A stretch of DNA of 64,000 bases from an uncultured Gammaproteobacteria bacterium (GTDB lineage: Bacteria; Patescibacteriota; Microgenomatia; Daviesbacterales; UBA10151). Shown piece after piece: positions 18,673 to 28,734 of the stretch. The stretch lies in NCBI GenBank assembly GCA_964551605.1, contig CAZKCV010000006.1, positions 70 through 64,069 of the forward strand. Reading direction: 5' to 3'. The position numbers and the translations under genes are program-made. The notes under the pieces are model-generated. The model did not search any database. It saw only the letters and a list, made by a program, of their open reading frames with translations, and had not been told where the DNA came from. The number at the start of each line of letters is the position of its first letter. The first letter of the stretch is position 1.

Positions 18673-19477
18673 TTTAGCTTTACACAGCTTTACACCCTCC
18701 GGGTGTTTTAGGTTGACACCCTTTCTCTATTATGTGTAAGATATGTTTATGGCCACACTTAGAAAGTTGGTGTTTCGTGAGGGTGAAGTCTATCATGTTT
18801 TTAACAGAGGGATAGAGCGAAGAACTACCTTTAGTGAGAAAAGAGAACTCGCAAGGATGCAGAAGCTGGTCAAATTTTATAGGCACAAAGATACTCCGGT
18901 CAGGTTTTCCCAGGTTATACAGAAACCTGAAGAGACCAGAGAGAAGTTACTGGCTGCTCTTTATAAGAGTGAAAGGGCAGTAGATATCCTAAGTTACTGC
19001 CTGATGCCCAATCATTTTCATTTTTTGCTTAAACAAAACACAGACAAAGGGATTTCCTCTTTTATATCTAATATCACAAATGGCTATACTAAATATTTTA
19101 ATACAAGATATGAAAGGATGGGTCCCCTATTTGAAGGTGTTTTTAAGGCAGTTCATATTGAAAGCGATGAGCAGTTGGTTCATGTCTCCAGGTACATCCA
19201 CCTAAACCCAGTGGTTTCCGGTGTGATACCGGATAATGAGCTTGAAAGTTACCCTTGGTCATCCTATCCGGAATATTTATCTTTATCCAACTTGGAAATA
19301 TCGCAGACAGATTTAATTTTAAGCATGTTCAAAACGATAAAAGCCTACCAGGAATTTGTTAACAATCAAATAGATTACGGTAAACAGCTGGAAGTTATCA
19401 AACATCTTACTTTAGAATGATATTCTAATTGAAGAATAGGTGTAAAGCTATATCACCCTCCGGGTGTAGCCTTAGTT
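18673..19477 (+). mobile_element. IS200/IS605-like minimal element (Y1 transposase flanked by subterminal hairpins)
   Basis: The left end carries the 48-bp block TTTAGCTTTACACAGCTTTACACCCTCCGGGTG..TTAGGTTGACACC. The right end carries GTGTAAAGCTA plus the same CACCCTCCGGGTG hairpin, then CCTTAGTT. Confidence 0.55.
18743..19420 (+). CDS. tnpA: Y1 HUH transposase (IS200/IS605 TnpA / RAYT-like)
   Basis: 'CLMPNHFHFLL' HUH motif and 'VSRYIHLNP' catalytic Tyr motif. Confidence 0.7.
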   Translation: MFMATLRKLVFREGEVYHVFNRGIERRTTFSEKRELARMQKLVKFYRHKDTPVRFSQVIQKPEETREKLLAALYKSERAVDILSYCLMPNHFHFLLKQNTDKGISSFISNITNGYTKYFNTRYERMGPLFEGVFKAVHIESDEQLVHVSRYIHLNPVVSGVIPDNELESYPWSSYPEYLSLSNLEISQTDLILSMFKTIKAYQEFVNNQIDYGKQLEVIKHLTLE

Positions 19478-19535
19478 TCTGAAAATAGTCTTAGTTTTAT
19501 CTTCAATTCGTTGTAAGAATGGGATAAGAATTCTT

Positions 19536-21197
19536 CTATAATTCCGGTTCGACTTTGGTGGCTGTAACTACCAGATTCGGTAGGGTATCAAAGCCCCGGA
19601 TCAGGCTGTAATTTTCCAAAAATTGCTGTTCTTTTTCAGAGCCGATATACAAAACTGAACCCGGTAAATCTTTTATAAACTGCATCACCCGGGTATTGGG
19701 CAGTGAGCCGATATAGACATTATCATACTTAAAGAACTTAAATTCCCCTAATGTAGCCGGGTTTTGATTTTGCCTGATGACCAGAATCGGGTCCAATTTT
19801 GCATAAGCCGGATAAGCAAACTCCATGTTATCGATGTCATTGGAGAGCAGGATATAATCAAATTTCTGCTGGTTTTTCAAGGCTAAAGTAACTGCTTCCT
19901 TGGCTGGTAGGGACCAAAAGCGGGCGTGTTTTTGCGGAGCCACAAAGTAGAAGCGGTCTAAAAAGTAAGCAAACTGAACTGAAAATAAAACAGCCAATAA
20001 AATGATTAATGGGGTGAACCTGGATTTATGGATAAATAACCTCCACAAGCCAATGCCTACCAGGATGAGTAACGGTGGTAAAAGCAATGAGCTCCTCAAG
20101 GCATGGGGACCGCCAACCAAACTGGTGGCAGTAGGGGCAATCAGGATCCAGCCGGTCAATAAAGCCAGGAGTTTCTTGTCTGATTTAAATAAGTAAATGA
20201 GCCCTATTATTAATAAAATAATATCTATCCAGAAAAAGCCGCCCATTTCCGCCGGGTTATGCCGAACCTGCCCGTCTCCGTGCAGGAATAAAAAGTCCGG
20301 AGAGAAATTCTGTATGTAATTTTCAGCTAATATCCCGGCCAGCTCCAAGTGCGGGGTATGCAAAGGATTGGCCAGAGGCGCGGGTAAGGCATCCAGGGCC
20401 CTTTCGTTCCTTATTTTTTGAGAGATAGTTGTCCGGACATCCTGGTTTTTGAATATGTTAATCATGCCGAAGCGGTCTTCGCTGCCGCGGCTGATTGTCA
20501 GATAAATGCTCAGGATGGTAGAAAGGACAATAATCGCTAAAGACAAAAGCAGGGCCGTTTTTTTTAGATAGCCTCGCAAGGCCTCCCCCGGGAGCCTAAT
20601 ACTATTGGTAGTTGCCCAGGCAAGAAGCAAAACTGAAAGCATTGGTATGGTGAGCCTAAAGGTTGAATATGTCTGGGAGGCCAGGCCAAAGGATAGCCCA
20701 AAGAGGAGAAACCATAAATTGTTCTTTAGTCCCCTTAGAAAGGCATATACTCCCAGCAAAGTTAAAAAGAGGGCAAAGTGGCTTTCAAAGGGACCCCGGC
20801 TTAAGCTTAAACTCCAGGGATTTAAGGCTGCTGCTGCAGCGATAGCCAGGCCTGCTTTTTCAGAATGGAATTTTTTTCCCAGCAAATAAAGCAGTATTAC
20901 GATTCCTATTCCGGATAATACGGAAACGGACCGGGAGGCCAGTGCATTAGGACCAAACAAAGCCACAAAAGGCACGGTGGCATAAATATAGCCGCCCGGC
21001 CTGCCCCCGCCTAAGGGGAAAACCAGTGGAAAAAAATTTCCCTTTTGGTCATGGCCGGTTTTAAGTATGGAATAAGCGTCATACACTCCGGTTAAACTGT
21101 CGCCGTACATGGCCCGGGGATTTTTATCTGTCTGGTAAAAACGGAGGATGACGGAGATTAAAATAATTATCCCGAGGATAAGTGTGGTCTTTCTCAC
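19536..21197 (-). CDS. GT-C-fold polytopic glycosyltransferase-like protein (ArnT/PMT-like)
   Basis: Many TM helices, an N-terminal loop typical of GT39-like proteins and a soluble C-terminal domain. Confidence 0.45.
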   Translation of the reverse strand: MRKTTLILGIIILISVILRFYQTDKNPRAMYGDSLTGVYDAYSILKTGHDQKGNFFPLVFPLGGGRPGGYIYATVPFVALFGPNALASRSVSVLSGIGIVILLYLLGKKFHSEKAGLAIAAAAALNPWSLSLSRGPFESHFALFLTLLGVYAFLRGLKNNLWFLLFGLSFGLASQTYSTFRLTIPMLSVLLLAWATTNSIRLPGEALRGYLKKTALLLSLAIIVLSTILSIYLTISRGSEDRFGMINIFKNQDVRTTISQKIRNERALDALPAPLANPLHTPHLELAGILAENYIQNFSPDFLFLHGDGQVRHNPAEMGGFFWIDIILLIIGLIYLFKSDKKLLALLTGWILIAPTATSLVGGPHALRSSLLLPPLLILVGIGLWRLFIHKSRFTPLIILLAVLFSVQFAYFLDRFYFVAPQKHARFWSLPAKEAVTLALKNQQKFDYILLSNDIDNMEFAYPAYAKLDPILVIRQNQNPATLGEFKFFKYDNVYIGSLPNTRVMQFIKDLPGSVLYIGSEKEQQFLENYSLIRGFDTLPNLVVTATKVEPEL

Positions 21198-21234
21198 AGA
21201 ATTAATATACTACGAAAAATTATAATTAGCTATT

Positions 21235-21777
21235 ATGGAAATTACGACCCTGGCAGGCGGATGTTTTTGGTGTACGGAGGCTGTTTTTAGGCGGCTGAAG
21301 GGAGTGATGCAAGTTACTTCAGGCTATGCCGGAGGGAGGCTGGAAAACCCCTCCTATAACGAAGTGTCTATGGGTAATACCGGCCATGCCGAAGCTATCC
21401 AAATTGAATTTGATCCTAAGGTTTTAAACTTTAATAAATTATTGGAAATTTTCTGGGCGATCCATGATCCGACTACCCCAAACCGTCAGGGTTCAGATGT
21501 GGGCATCCAATACCGGTCAGCTATTTTTTACCACAGCCAAATTCAAAAAAGAACGGCTGAACTGTCGAAAAAGCGGGCAGAAAAATCCGGGGAAATTAAC
21601 GGTAAGATTGTGACGGAGATTAAACCTTTTACCAAATTTTACCCGGCTGAAGATTATCACCAGAACTATTATGAGAGAAATAAGAATTTCAACAGATACT
21701 GTTTGTTAGTCATAGATCCTAAAATAGGAAAGTTATTGGAGAAATTTAATAAGGAGGTCAAGCCGGAGTTTAAATGA
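21235..21777 (+). CDS. msrA: peptide methionine sulfoxide reductase A
   Basis: '[11 protein letters not shown]' active-site motif. Confidence 0.85.
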   Translation: MEITTLAGGCFWCTEAVFRRLKGVMQVTSGYAGGRLENPSYNEVSMGNTGHAEAIQIEFDPKVLNFNKLLEIFWAIHDPTTPNRQGSDVGIQYRSAIFYHSQIQKRTAELSKKRAEKSGEINGKIVTEIKPFTKFYPAEDYHQNYYERNKNFNRYCLLVIDPKIGKLLEKFNKEVKPEFK

Positions 21778-22160
21778 AAAACTTAAGTGATATCAGGAAA
21801 AAATTAACACCGGAGCAGTACAATGTTTGTTTCTTAAAAGGGACCGAGCCGCCTTTTTCCGGAAAATATACCAAAAATTTTAAGCCGGGAATGTATAATT
21901 GCGTAGTCTGCGGTACTCCTTTGTTTTCTTCAGAGGCTAAGTTTGATTCCCCTACCGGCTGGCCTTCTTTTGATAAACCAGCTGTCAATAAAAATATAGC
22001 TTTTGAAGATGATTATTCAATGGGGGTTCACAGGATTGAAGTAATATGTAAAAATTGCGGCTCCCACCTGGGACATGTCTTTGATGACGGCCCAACCAAA
22101 ATCGGAAAACGCTTTTGTATCAACTCATTAGCCTTAGATTTTGTTCCCGGAAAAATTTAA
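21774..22160 (+). CDS. msrB: peptide methionine sulfoxide reductase B
   Basis: Two CxxC pairs and '[13 protein letters not shown]'; overlaps msrA by 4 nt. Confidence 0.85.
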   Translation: MKNLSDIRKKLTPEQYNVCFLKGTEPPFSGKYTKNFKPGMYNCVVCGTPLFSSEAKFDSPTGWPSFDKPAVNKNIAFEDDYSMGVHRIEVICKNCGSHLGHVFDDGPTKIGKRFCINSLALDFVPGKI

Positions 22161-22350
22161 CAGAGTTATTACACTACCATTATATAAAACTTATACTTAA
22201 GGTTTATTATGATAATCAAACTCAGGTTGGGGGTAGGAAAAACTAAAGTAACGTAAAGTTATTGAGTTTTTCAAGAAACGGCGGGAGAATGATAAAATTT
22301 TTAACGATCCTTTAAGTTTCTTGATCCTACCCTACAACTGAGCTTTTTCA

Positions 22351-23391
22351 TTATTTGAGGTATTTATTAAAAAACTCCACTGAACGGTTTAAGGCAACAT
22401 TAAGATTCCCGGAAATATTATGGTCATCTCCTTCATAAGTAAAAAACTCCACCTCGTTTCCGGCCTCTTTCATGGCTTCGTTTAACCTTTCACTAAAAAG
22501 TACCGGGACTTCTTCATCTCCGGTACCGTGATGCAGCTGCAACGGCCCGGAAATATCTTTTACAAAAGCTATCGGTGAAATCGATTTCCAAAACCCGGGG
22601 TTTTGATCCGGATCCCCGTACTTATCAATCAAAGCCTGACGGCCCGGCCTTCTGAATGCCTGTTCTCTTTCTGAAAGCATAAACGGCCTGGACCTGCCCC
22701 AGTTTTTTATCATGTCTTCATAAGAAGCTACCACCCCGGCCCAGATTATTCCGGCTTTAATATCTTTTGAAACTACCATTGAACGAAGTGTTAAGCTGCC
22801 GCCCATTGAGTGTCCCCACATGCCGATTCGATTTGTGTCAACCACAAATCGTCCTGAGCCTGTCGAAGGATCTCGTAATTTTTTGATTGAAGAAACGGCA
22901 TTCAAAACATCCACAGTATAAGCTGTGGAATAATAGCCCCCTTCGGGGTTTCCTTCTGACGTGCCATGGCCCCGGTAATCGGGTTTTAGGACTACATATC
23001 CGTTGCCGGAAAAAGCATCCGTGTAAGTCACATAACGGCCGGTGGTTGTGTACTGGGCCGGTGGAATATAACCATGGTTAAAGATAATTGCCGGCCACCC
23101 GCCAACCGGCGGGTGGCCTTCAGGAACAGTTAATGAAGCATTAATTTTTAAGCCCCCGGATTGATATGAAGCCAAATATTGCCGGTAATTGCTGCCCGGT
23201 TCCAGTTCTTCTTCAATGGTAATTTCACTGCCTGGGTAGCTTTTCTTTCTCATCTCTGTGATTTGTAAAGGATGCGGATCGCCGAGGGTACTTACTTTTT
23301 CAGATTGCGTGGGTGGATCCTGGTTTTTCTGAAAAAATATCCCCGTTCCCAAAAGGCTCAGTATCCCAAAAAGGAAAATGATTTTCTTCAT
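22351..23391 (-). CDS. secreted alpha/beta-hydrolase (S9/DLH-like esterase/peptidase)
   Basis: Signal peptide; 'GMWGHSMGG' nucleophile elbow. Confidence 0.6.
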   Translation of the reverse strand: MKKIIFLFGILSLLGTGIFFQKNQDPPTQSEKVSTLGDPHPLQITEMRKKSYPGSEITIEEELEPGSNYRQYLASYQSGGLKINASLTVPEGHPPVGGWPAIIFNHGYIPPAQYTTTGRYVTYTDAFSGNGYVVLKPDYRGHGTSEGNPEGGYYSTAYTVDVLNAVSSIKKLRDPSTGSGRFVVDTNRIGMWGHSMGGSLTLRSMVVSKDIKAGIIWAGVVASYEDMIKNWGRSRPFMLSEREQAFRRPGRQALIDKYGDPDQNPGFWKSISPIAFVKDISGPLQLHHGTGDEEVPVLFSERLNEAMKEAGNEVEFFTYEGDDHNISGNLNVALNRSVEFFNKYLK

Positions 23392-24533
23392 AACTGCCGG
23401 GGGTCAATTCTAATGATCTTGTCATCTCCGGCTTTAACAAGTCCCCTACCATCCCGGTTGCTGGTAGTAATATAAAGGTAATTATCCGGCCCTAAGATTA
23501 CTTCCCTGATTCTGCCGAATTCATTTTTGAAATGCTCTTTTAACTGGTTATCTGATGCCTTTTCAAAAAGGGCGGAGCCGCGTAGTCCCCCGAAAAATAC
23601 CGAGCCTTGGTAGAAAGCTGCCCCTGCGGGAGCCCAGGTATCGGAGCCGGAATTTAGTATCGGGCTTTCCATGCCTTCTCTTTTTTCATCGCCCTCAATT
23701 TCCGGCCAGCCGTAATTTTTACCGATCTCTATCAGGTTAACCTCATCCTTGGTAGAGGGGCCGTGTTCAGTAGCCCAAAGTTTGTTGCCGTCCCAGGCTA
23801 AGCCTTGAGGATTTCTGTGGCCAAATGAATATACTTCTGCTTTTCCCTTATCAGTTACTCTTAGAATCTTTCCGGCCAAGGAGTTTTTATCCTGGGCCTG
23901 GGAAGGGTTTTGGGCATCTCCGGTGGTAATATAAAGCATATTATCCGGGCCGAACTTTATCCTGCCTCCGTTATGATTTGAGGCTCCCGGAATGTTGTTG
24001 ACAATAATTTGCTCGTTAATTAATTGGTCATTTTCCAGTCTAAATCTTACTACCCGGTTTAGGGTGTTATCACCGTTTCCTGAATAGGTATAGTAAAGAT
24101 AGACAAAGCCATTTCTATCAAAATCAGGATGCAGGGCGATACCTAACAGTCCGCCTTCACCTATATGCTTGACAGCCGGAATGGCGGCTACTAATTTCAG
24201 GTTACCGTTTTTCTCTACTAATCTGACTCTGCCGGGTCTTTCTGTGACCAGAAGTCTTCCGTCTGAAAGAAAAGCCAAAGCCCAGGGAATTTCCAGGTTT
24301 TCCGCCACTACGGAAAAGCGGGCAGAATTATTTTCCCCGGGACACTCGGCAAATCTACAATCCGGCGGCATCCTGCCTACATATGAACCATCCGGGCAGA
24401 TTTGTACATCCTGCGTACAAACTCCGCCGTTTTTTGGAGAATTATTTTGGGAACTAAACCTTCCGGAAAGGGCAAATGCCACTCCGGCTAAAACAAGTAT
24501 TCCTAAAGTTATTGCAGCTACCTTTGGAAACAT
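23388..24533 (-). CDS. PQQ-type soluble sugar (glucose/sorbosone) dehydrogenase-like beta-propeller, N-terminal TM plus Cys-rich segment
   Basis: 'HNGGRIKFGPDNMLYITTGD' SGDH signature. Confidence 0.6.
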   Translation of the reverse strand: MFPKVAAITLGILVLAGVAFALSGRFSSQNNSPKNGGVCTQDVQICPDGSYVGRMPPDCRFAECPGENNSARFSVVAENLEIPWALAFLSDGRLLVTERPGRVRLVEKNGNLKLVAAIPAVKHIGEGGLLGIALHPDFDRNGFVYLYYTYSGNGDNTLNRVVRFRLENDQLINEQIIVNNIPGASNHNGGRIKFGPDNMLYITTGDAQNPSQAQDKNSLAGKILRVTDKGKAEVYSFGHRNPQGLAWDGNKLWATEHGPSTKDEVNLIEIGKNYGWPEIEGDEKREGMESPILNSGSDTWAPAGAAFYQGSVFFGGLRGSALFEKASDNQLKEHFKNEFGRIREVILGPDNYLYITTSNRDGRGLVKAGDDKIIRIDPRQL

Positions 24534-24679
24534 AGGGGCTAATTATAACCCTTTTAATACGTCATTGCGACCCCGATGACAATCGGGGGAAGCAATCTTG
24601 GTCGGGTTAAATTCAATCTCTGGATTGCTTCGTCCCCGGCAGTTGCCGGGTCCTCGCAATGACGGCAAGGAAATGTTCT

Positions 24680-25963
24680 TTACAGAACAGATTTCACGGC
24701 CTCTACCAGGGTAGGGTTATTAAAATAAAGCAGCAGCTGGCTGGGCCAATTGGGGTCGGTAATTTTTACATCAGGATCCACTCCCCGGCCTTCAATGGGC
24801 AGGTTATCATCCCGCAGCGTGATGGAATGTACCAAAAACATGGAGTATTTTTCCTTTTTATTGAACTGGTTATCCAGCGGGAAAACCCGCTCCACTGTCC
24901 CCCAGCCCTTGGTGGGGATCCCTACCACTACTCCAGTATGATATTTTTTTAATGAGGCAGCCATCATTTCCGCTGAGGATTGGGTTTGGTTGTCGACCAG
25001 GATAACGATTTGTCTGAACCTGGTTAAACCCGGAAGTTTATCAGTCGAAGTCTTGAACGGCAGGTATTCTCCTTTATGGTAAAAATCATAGGCATAAGCG
25101 CCTTTGCCGATGAAATGTCCCAAAAAGTAAGGGGTGGCATCGATGGCTCCGCCGATATTGCCCCGTAAATCAAAGATCAGAGCATTCAGGGTACTGTCAT
25201 CCTTATACTTTTCAAAGATCTTAATGAACTCATCATATGAGGTGGGTGAGAATTTTTTGAACTGGAAATATAAACTATTGCCCACGGTTTTAGTGAACAT
25301 GGTCGGTTCCACCCGGTTTGTATCATACCTTTGCTTGGTATCTTTCTGGGTTAAAGTATCTTTGGCATAAGTGATTTGCTTGAGTTTTTCCTTCGCATCC
25401 GGTGACGTATCTTTGCTTAGTTCGGCTGCTTTTTTCTCAAAAGCCTGTATAACTGCTGCTTCTGAAGCCCCTTTGGGTAGACTTAAGTCCTTATATAAAT
25501 CTTTCTCCGGGTTTATATTGGAAACGGTATTTTTCAATTGCTGTTCCTGCTTTTCCGTATACAACCCGGAGCGGCCCGGCGGGTTCAAGGAGCCTAAAAC
25601 TCCACCTGTCACTGTGGCATAAAAAGTATTCTTCTTGTCTTCATCCATGCCGGCAGTGGCCTTGGCAAAAGCTTCCAGCAGTTTATCCTTGTTTTCAAAC
25701 TTAGCCACTGTGGTGTTGCCGCCGTTTCGGTCCATTGAGAGCTTAAACAGGTCAAGCAGCTGGGCATCGGAAATATTATCCCAGTAGTTTTCCCTGATTT
25801 TGTCATAAACCTCGGAAACAAAGGCTTTGGGGGTATTTTTTTGAGCATTAATGGCAGGCTTTGGGGAGATATTAGCTACATACTTATAGCCAATGCCTAC
25901 TCCCAGGGCAAAGATAGCCAGGATTAAAAATAGATTTTTTAAGGCAGGGATCCTAAATTTCAC
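24680..25963 (-). CDS. S41 family C-terminal processing peptidase
   Basis: 'FDLRGNIGG' and 'TQSSAEMMAASLK' S41 motifs; N-terminal TM. Confidence 0.7.
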   Translation of the reverse strand: MKFRIPALKNLFLILAIFALGVGIGYKYVANISPKPAINAQKNTPKAFVSEVYDKIRENYWDNISDAQLLDLFKLSMDRNGGNTTVAKFENKDKLLEAFAKATAGMDEDKKNTFYATVTGGVLGSLNPPGRSGLYTEKQEQQLKNTVSNINPEKDLYKDLSLPKGASEAAVIQAFEKKAAELSKDTSPDAKEKLKQITYAKDTLTQKDTKQRYDTNRVEPTMFTKTVGNSLYFQFKKFSPTSYDEFIKIFEKYKDDSTLNALIFDLRGNIGGAIDATPYFLGHFIGKGAYAYDFYHKGEYLPFKTSTDKLPGLTRFRQIVILVDNQTQSSAEMMAASLKKYHTGVVVGIPTKGWGTVERVFPLDNQFNKKEKYSMFLVHSITLRDDNLPIEGRGVDPDVKITDPNWPSQLLLYFNNPTLVEAVKSVL

Positions 25964-25986
25964 TTAAGTAGTATATAATATTTTCA

Positions 25987-26925
25987 ATGGATATTGTAAC
26001 CATTATTTTAGTAGTCGGAGGGCTGGTTTTATTCGAAACAGTTTCTTCCATTGATAACGCAGTTATTAATGCCGAGGTTCTTTCCACCATGAGCAGGAAA
26101 GCCAGAAGATGGTTTCTGCTCTGGGGACTGCTGATTGCAGTTTTTCTGCTTCGGGGAGCTTTGCCCTGGGCTATTGTCTGGGCTGTTAATCCGGGTTTGG
26201 GTCCGATTGGATCATTTACTGCTGCTTTAAGTTCTGACCCGGCGGTGGCAGAGGCCATTGAGGGCTCCAAGCACATCCTGCTTTCGGGTGGAGGCATATT
26301 TTTAGTTTTTTTGTTTTTCCATTGGCTGTTCCTGGAATCGAAAAACTTCGGCCTGCGGGGTGAGCGGTTTTTCCAGCGGCAGGGTGTCTGGTTTTATGCA
26401 GTAGTGTCTCTGATTTTGGCAGGAGTAGTCTGGTTTTCCATAAATAAGGATCCGTTCATGGCTTTCGGAGCAGTCTTAGGTTCAACTGCTTTTTTTATTA
26501 CCCACGGGTTTAAGGAGAATGCCAGACAGGCTGAAGAACAGATGCTTCACAACAAAGATACCGGATTGTCTGACATGAGCAAGATTTTTTACCTGGAAGT
26601 GATAGATGCGACTTTTTCCATTGATGGTGTGGTAGGAGCCTTTGCTTTTACCCTGTCCGTGCCCTTAATTTTGCTGGGAAACGGCATTGGGGCTTTGGTA
26701 GTCAGGCAACTGACGGTTTCCAATATAGACAGGATCAAGAAATATATTTACCTAAAAAACGGTGCTATGTACTCTATCTTTTTCTTAGGATCAATTATGC
26801 TGGCAGACAGCTTTGGACTGCATATCCCAGCCTGGTTGTCTCCGGTGGTGACTGCGGTGGTAATTGCTTATTTCTTCCTAAAATCAAAACGATCGCTGGT
26901 TGACACCTTGAAGGTGTCAACCTAA
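25987..26925 (+). CDS. TerC/DUF475-like integral membrane protein
   Basis: 'ETVSSIDNAVINA' resembles the TerC 'E..LSVDNA' motif; multi-TM. The last 8 codons lie inside a REP-like hairpin. Confidence 0.4.
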   Translation: MDIVTIILVVGGLVLFETVSSIDNAVINAEVLSTMSRKARRWFLLWGLLIAVFLLRGALPWAIVWAVNPGLGPIGSFTAALSSDPAVAEAIEGSKHILLSGGGIFLVFLFFHWLFLESKNFGLRGERFFQRQGVWFYAVVSLILAGVVWFSINKDPFMAFGAVLGSTAFFITHGFKENARQAEEQMLHNKDTGLSDMSKIFYLEVIDATFSIDGVVGAFAFTLSVPLILLGNGIGALVVRQLTVSNIDRIKKYIYLKNGAMYSIFFLGSIMLADSFGLHIPAWLSPVVTAVVIAYFFLKSKRSLVDTLKVST

Positions 26926-26960
26926 CCCACCCCCGGGGTGGGATACGCACACACCGTAGG
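26898..26960. repeat. REP-like composite: GGTTGACACC-TTGAA-GGTGTCAACC hairpin plus CCCACCCCCGGGGTGGG hairpin
   Basis: Read directly. It provides the C-terminal codons and stop of the preceding gene. Confidence 0.6.
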
Positions 26961-26965
26961 GGATA

Positions 26966-28660
26966 TCACCAGAAGTAATTATTTCTGACTTCAATTCCGA
27001 ACAGGGCATTTCCCAGCGGGCTTTGCGGGAAAAGGGCTAACCCGGCCCTGGCGAATTTTTCAGCAGCTTCCGTATTTCCTGTCTGTCCCAGGAAAAGTGA
27101 TAGCCTAAGATATGAAAGATAAGAAGATCTTGCCCCTCCGGGGTAAAAATCAAATTGATAGTTAGCCGGATCTAATTTTGATAAGTCAATAGACTCCAAG
27201 GTGTCCCCTTGAAAGGCCAGAGCATCATTTTTTACCAGAACTATCATAAAATCATCCAAATAAACTGTTTTCCAATCCGGGTTTTTGATAATGGAAACTA
27301 AAAAGGCTTTACCCCAGGGGGTTTGGTCAGTATGGGAAAAGATAATAGTCCTAAAGCCGATTTTTTCGTCAAGCTGCTTAAACTTTTCAGGTTCATATTG
27401 GGCTGGGATATAAACTTGCTGGAAAAATTCCTTCGGGTATTCCCCTGGTCTTCCATCCACAAAGATCCGGTATTTTGGCCAGCCACGGTAGGTAATGTAG
27501 CTTCCGATATCAAAATTATTAAAAACAGGCTGCGATAAATTATTTTTTAGGGCAAAATCAAGGGCGCCTTTACCATTTTCTTCGAATTGAAGCAGCGGCC
27601 TGGTGCTGCTGCCGGTATATTTATAATAATCCCCGTTTAGGTAAAAAAAACTTTCCAGAAGCAGCAACGGTACCGTCACCCAGACCAGCATTTTAAGAGG
27701 GCGGGCTGGACGGAAAGCTCCAAAATTTTCCAGCACTGCCGGGAGTGAGATTAAAGCCAAATAAGGAAAGCTCCTGACATTCATCAAAGCCAGTACCATG
27801 CCTAGACCGGCCAGGCCCAGATTCTTTATTGTTAATCCTTTCTTGAATAGGGCTACACAAACTGAAAGTACAATAATGGCTATGGCAATCTTGACAAACA
27901 GGAAATTAGGATCCCGGAAGTTAATACTTTCGAGAAGAAACATGGTTTGGTTTTCCACAATGGTATAGCCGTAGTTTTGGTTAAAGGTTAAAGGATTCAG
28001 GAATCCTTTGAGGCCGCTGGGATTAATTAAGCTGGCCCCAACCGATAGTCCAAAAATTATCCCCAGTATTTTTAGCTTTACACCCTTGGGGTGTAATCGA
28101 AAGTATTGGTACCCCAGGTGAATCAGGTAAATAGCCTGGAGAAATAAACCTAACATAAAATAGATATGGCTATTGACCCAGATTAGCTGGACAACCGGCA
28201 GGGCAAAAATTAGCTTGGTTTTTGTCTTCTCAAATTTACTCAGGATATAAAGAGTAAGTCCGGTAAAAAGAAAGCTTAATATTTCCGGGCGGAAGTCCGG
28301 CCGCTCCCGTAAAGTATGTAAGAAAAGAAAACCAATAGGTAAAAGCAGATATTGGTTTTTAGGTGTGGTTTTTAAGACAAACCAGACAGCCAGCAGGATA
28401 ATGACCACTTTTAAAATAAGTAATGCCTGCAGGCCGATTGTCTGCTGGCCCAAAAAGACTAGAACCTCAAACAGCCAGTGGCTATTAATAAAGGGAAAAT
28501 CAGGATAAGTGTAGGAAAACAGGTTGGTTAAAGGTACGGTTTTGGTTTGTAAGATAATTTCCCCTAATTTTAAGTGCCGGCCTAAGTCCTGGTTAAAGGA
28601 ATCATCGGTTCGGAAAAGGAAAGAAAAAACGAAAAATAACAGGAGAATTTTAATCCACAT
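26966..28660 (-). CDS. polytopic membrane protein (GT-C-like; possible C-terminal TPR)
   Basis: 564 aa, more than 10 TM helices and a soluble C-terminus. Confidence 0.4.
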   Translation of the reverse strand: MWIKILLLFFVFSFLFRTDDSFNQDLGRHLKLGEIILQTKTVPLTNLFSYTYPDFPFINSHWLFEVLVFLGQQTIGLQALLILKVVIILLAVWFVLKTTPKNQYLLLPIGFLFLHTLRERPDFRPEILSFLFTGLTLYILSKFEKTKTKLIFALPVVQLIWVNSHIYFMLGLFLQAIYLIHLGYQYFRLHPKGVKLKILGIIFGLSVGASLINPSGLKGFLNPLTFNQNYGYTIVENQTMFLLESINFRDPNFLFVKIAIAIIVLSVCVALFKKGLTIKNLGLAGLGMVLALMNVRSFPYLALISLPAVLENFGAFRPARPLKMLVWVTVPLLLLESFFYLNGDYYKYTGSSTRPLLQFEENGKGALDFALKNNLSQPVFNNFDIGSYITYRGWPKYRIFVDGRPGEYPKEFFQQVYIPAQYEPEKFKQLDEKIGFRTIIFSHTDQTPWGKAFLVSIIKNPDWKTVYLDDFMIVLVKNDALAFQGDTLESIDLSKLDPANYQFDFYPGGARSSYLSYLRLSLFLGQTGNTEAAEKFARAGLALFPQSPLGNALFGIEVRNNYFW

Positions 28661-28683
28661 TAAAAAATTGTATCACAGACCAT

Positions 28684-28716
28684 TACGCGATTTAATGCGC
28701 GATTATTGCGCGATTT
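28684..28716 (+). promoter_or_regulatory. three direct (T)TGCGCGAT repeats plus an extended -10 (TGGTATAAT) upstream of Fic gene 1
   Basis: ACGCGAT / TGCGCGAT / TGCGCGAT read directly; TGGTATAAT at 28718-28726. Confidence 0.45.
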
Positions 28717-28734
28717 TGTGGTATAATTTAAGTT

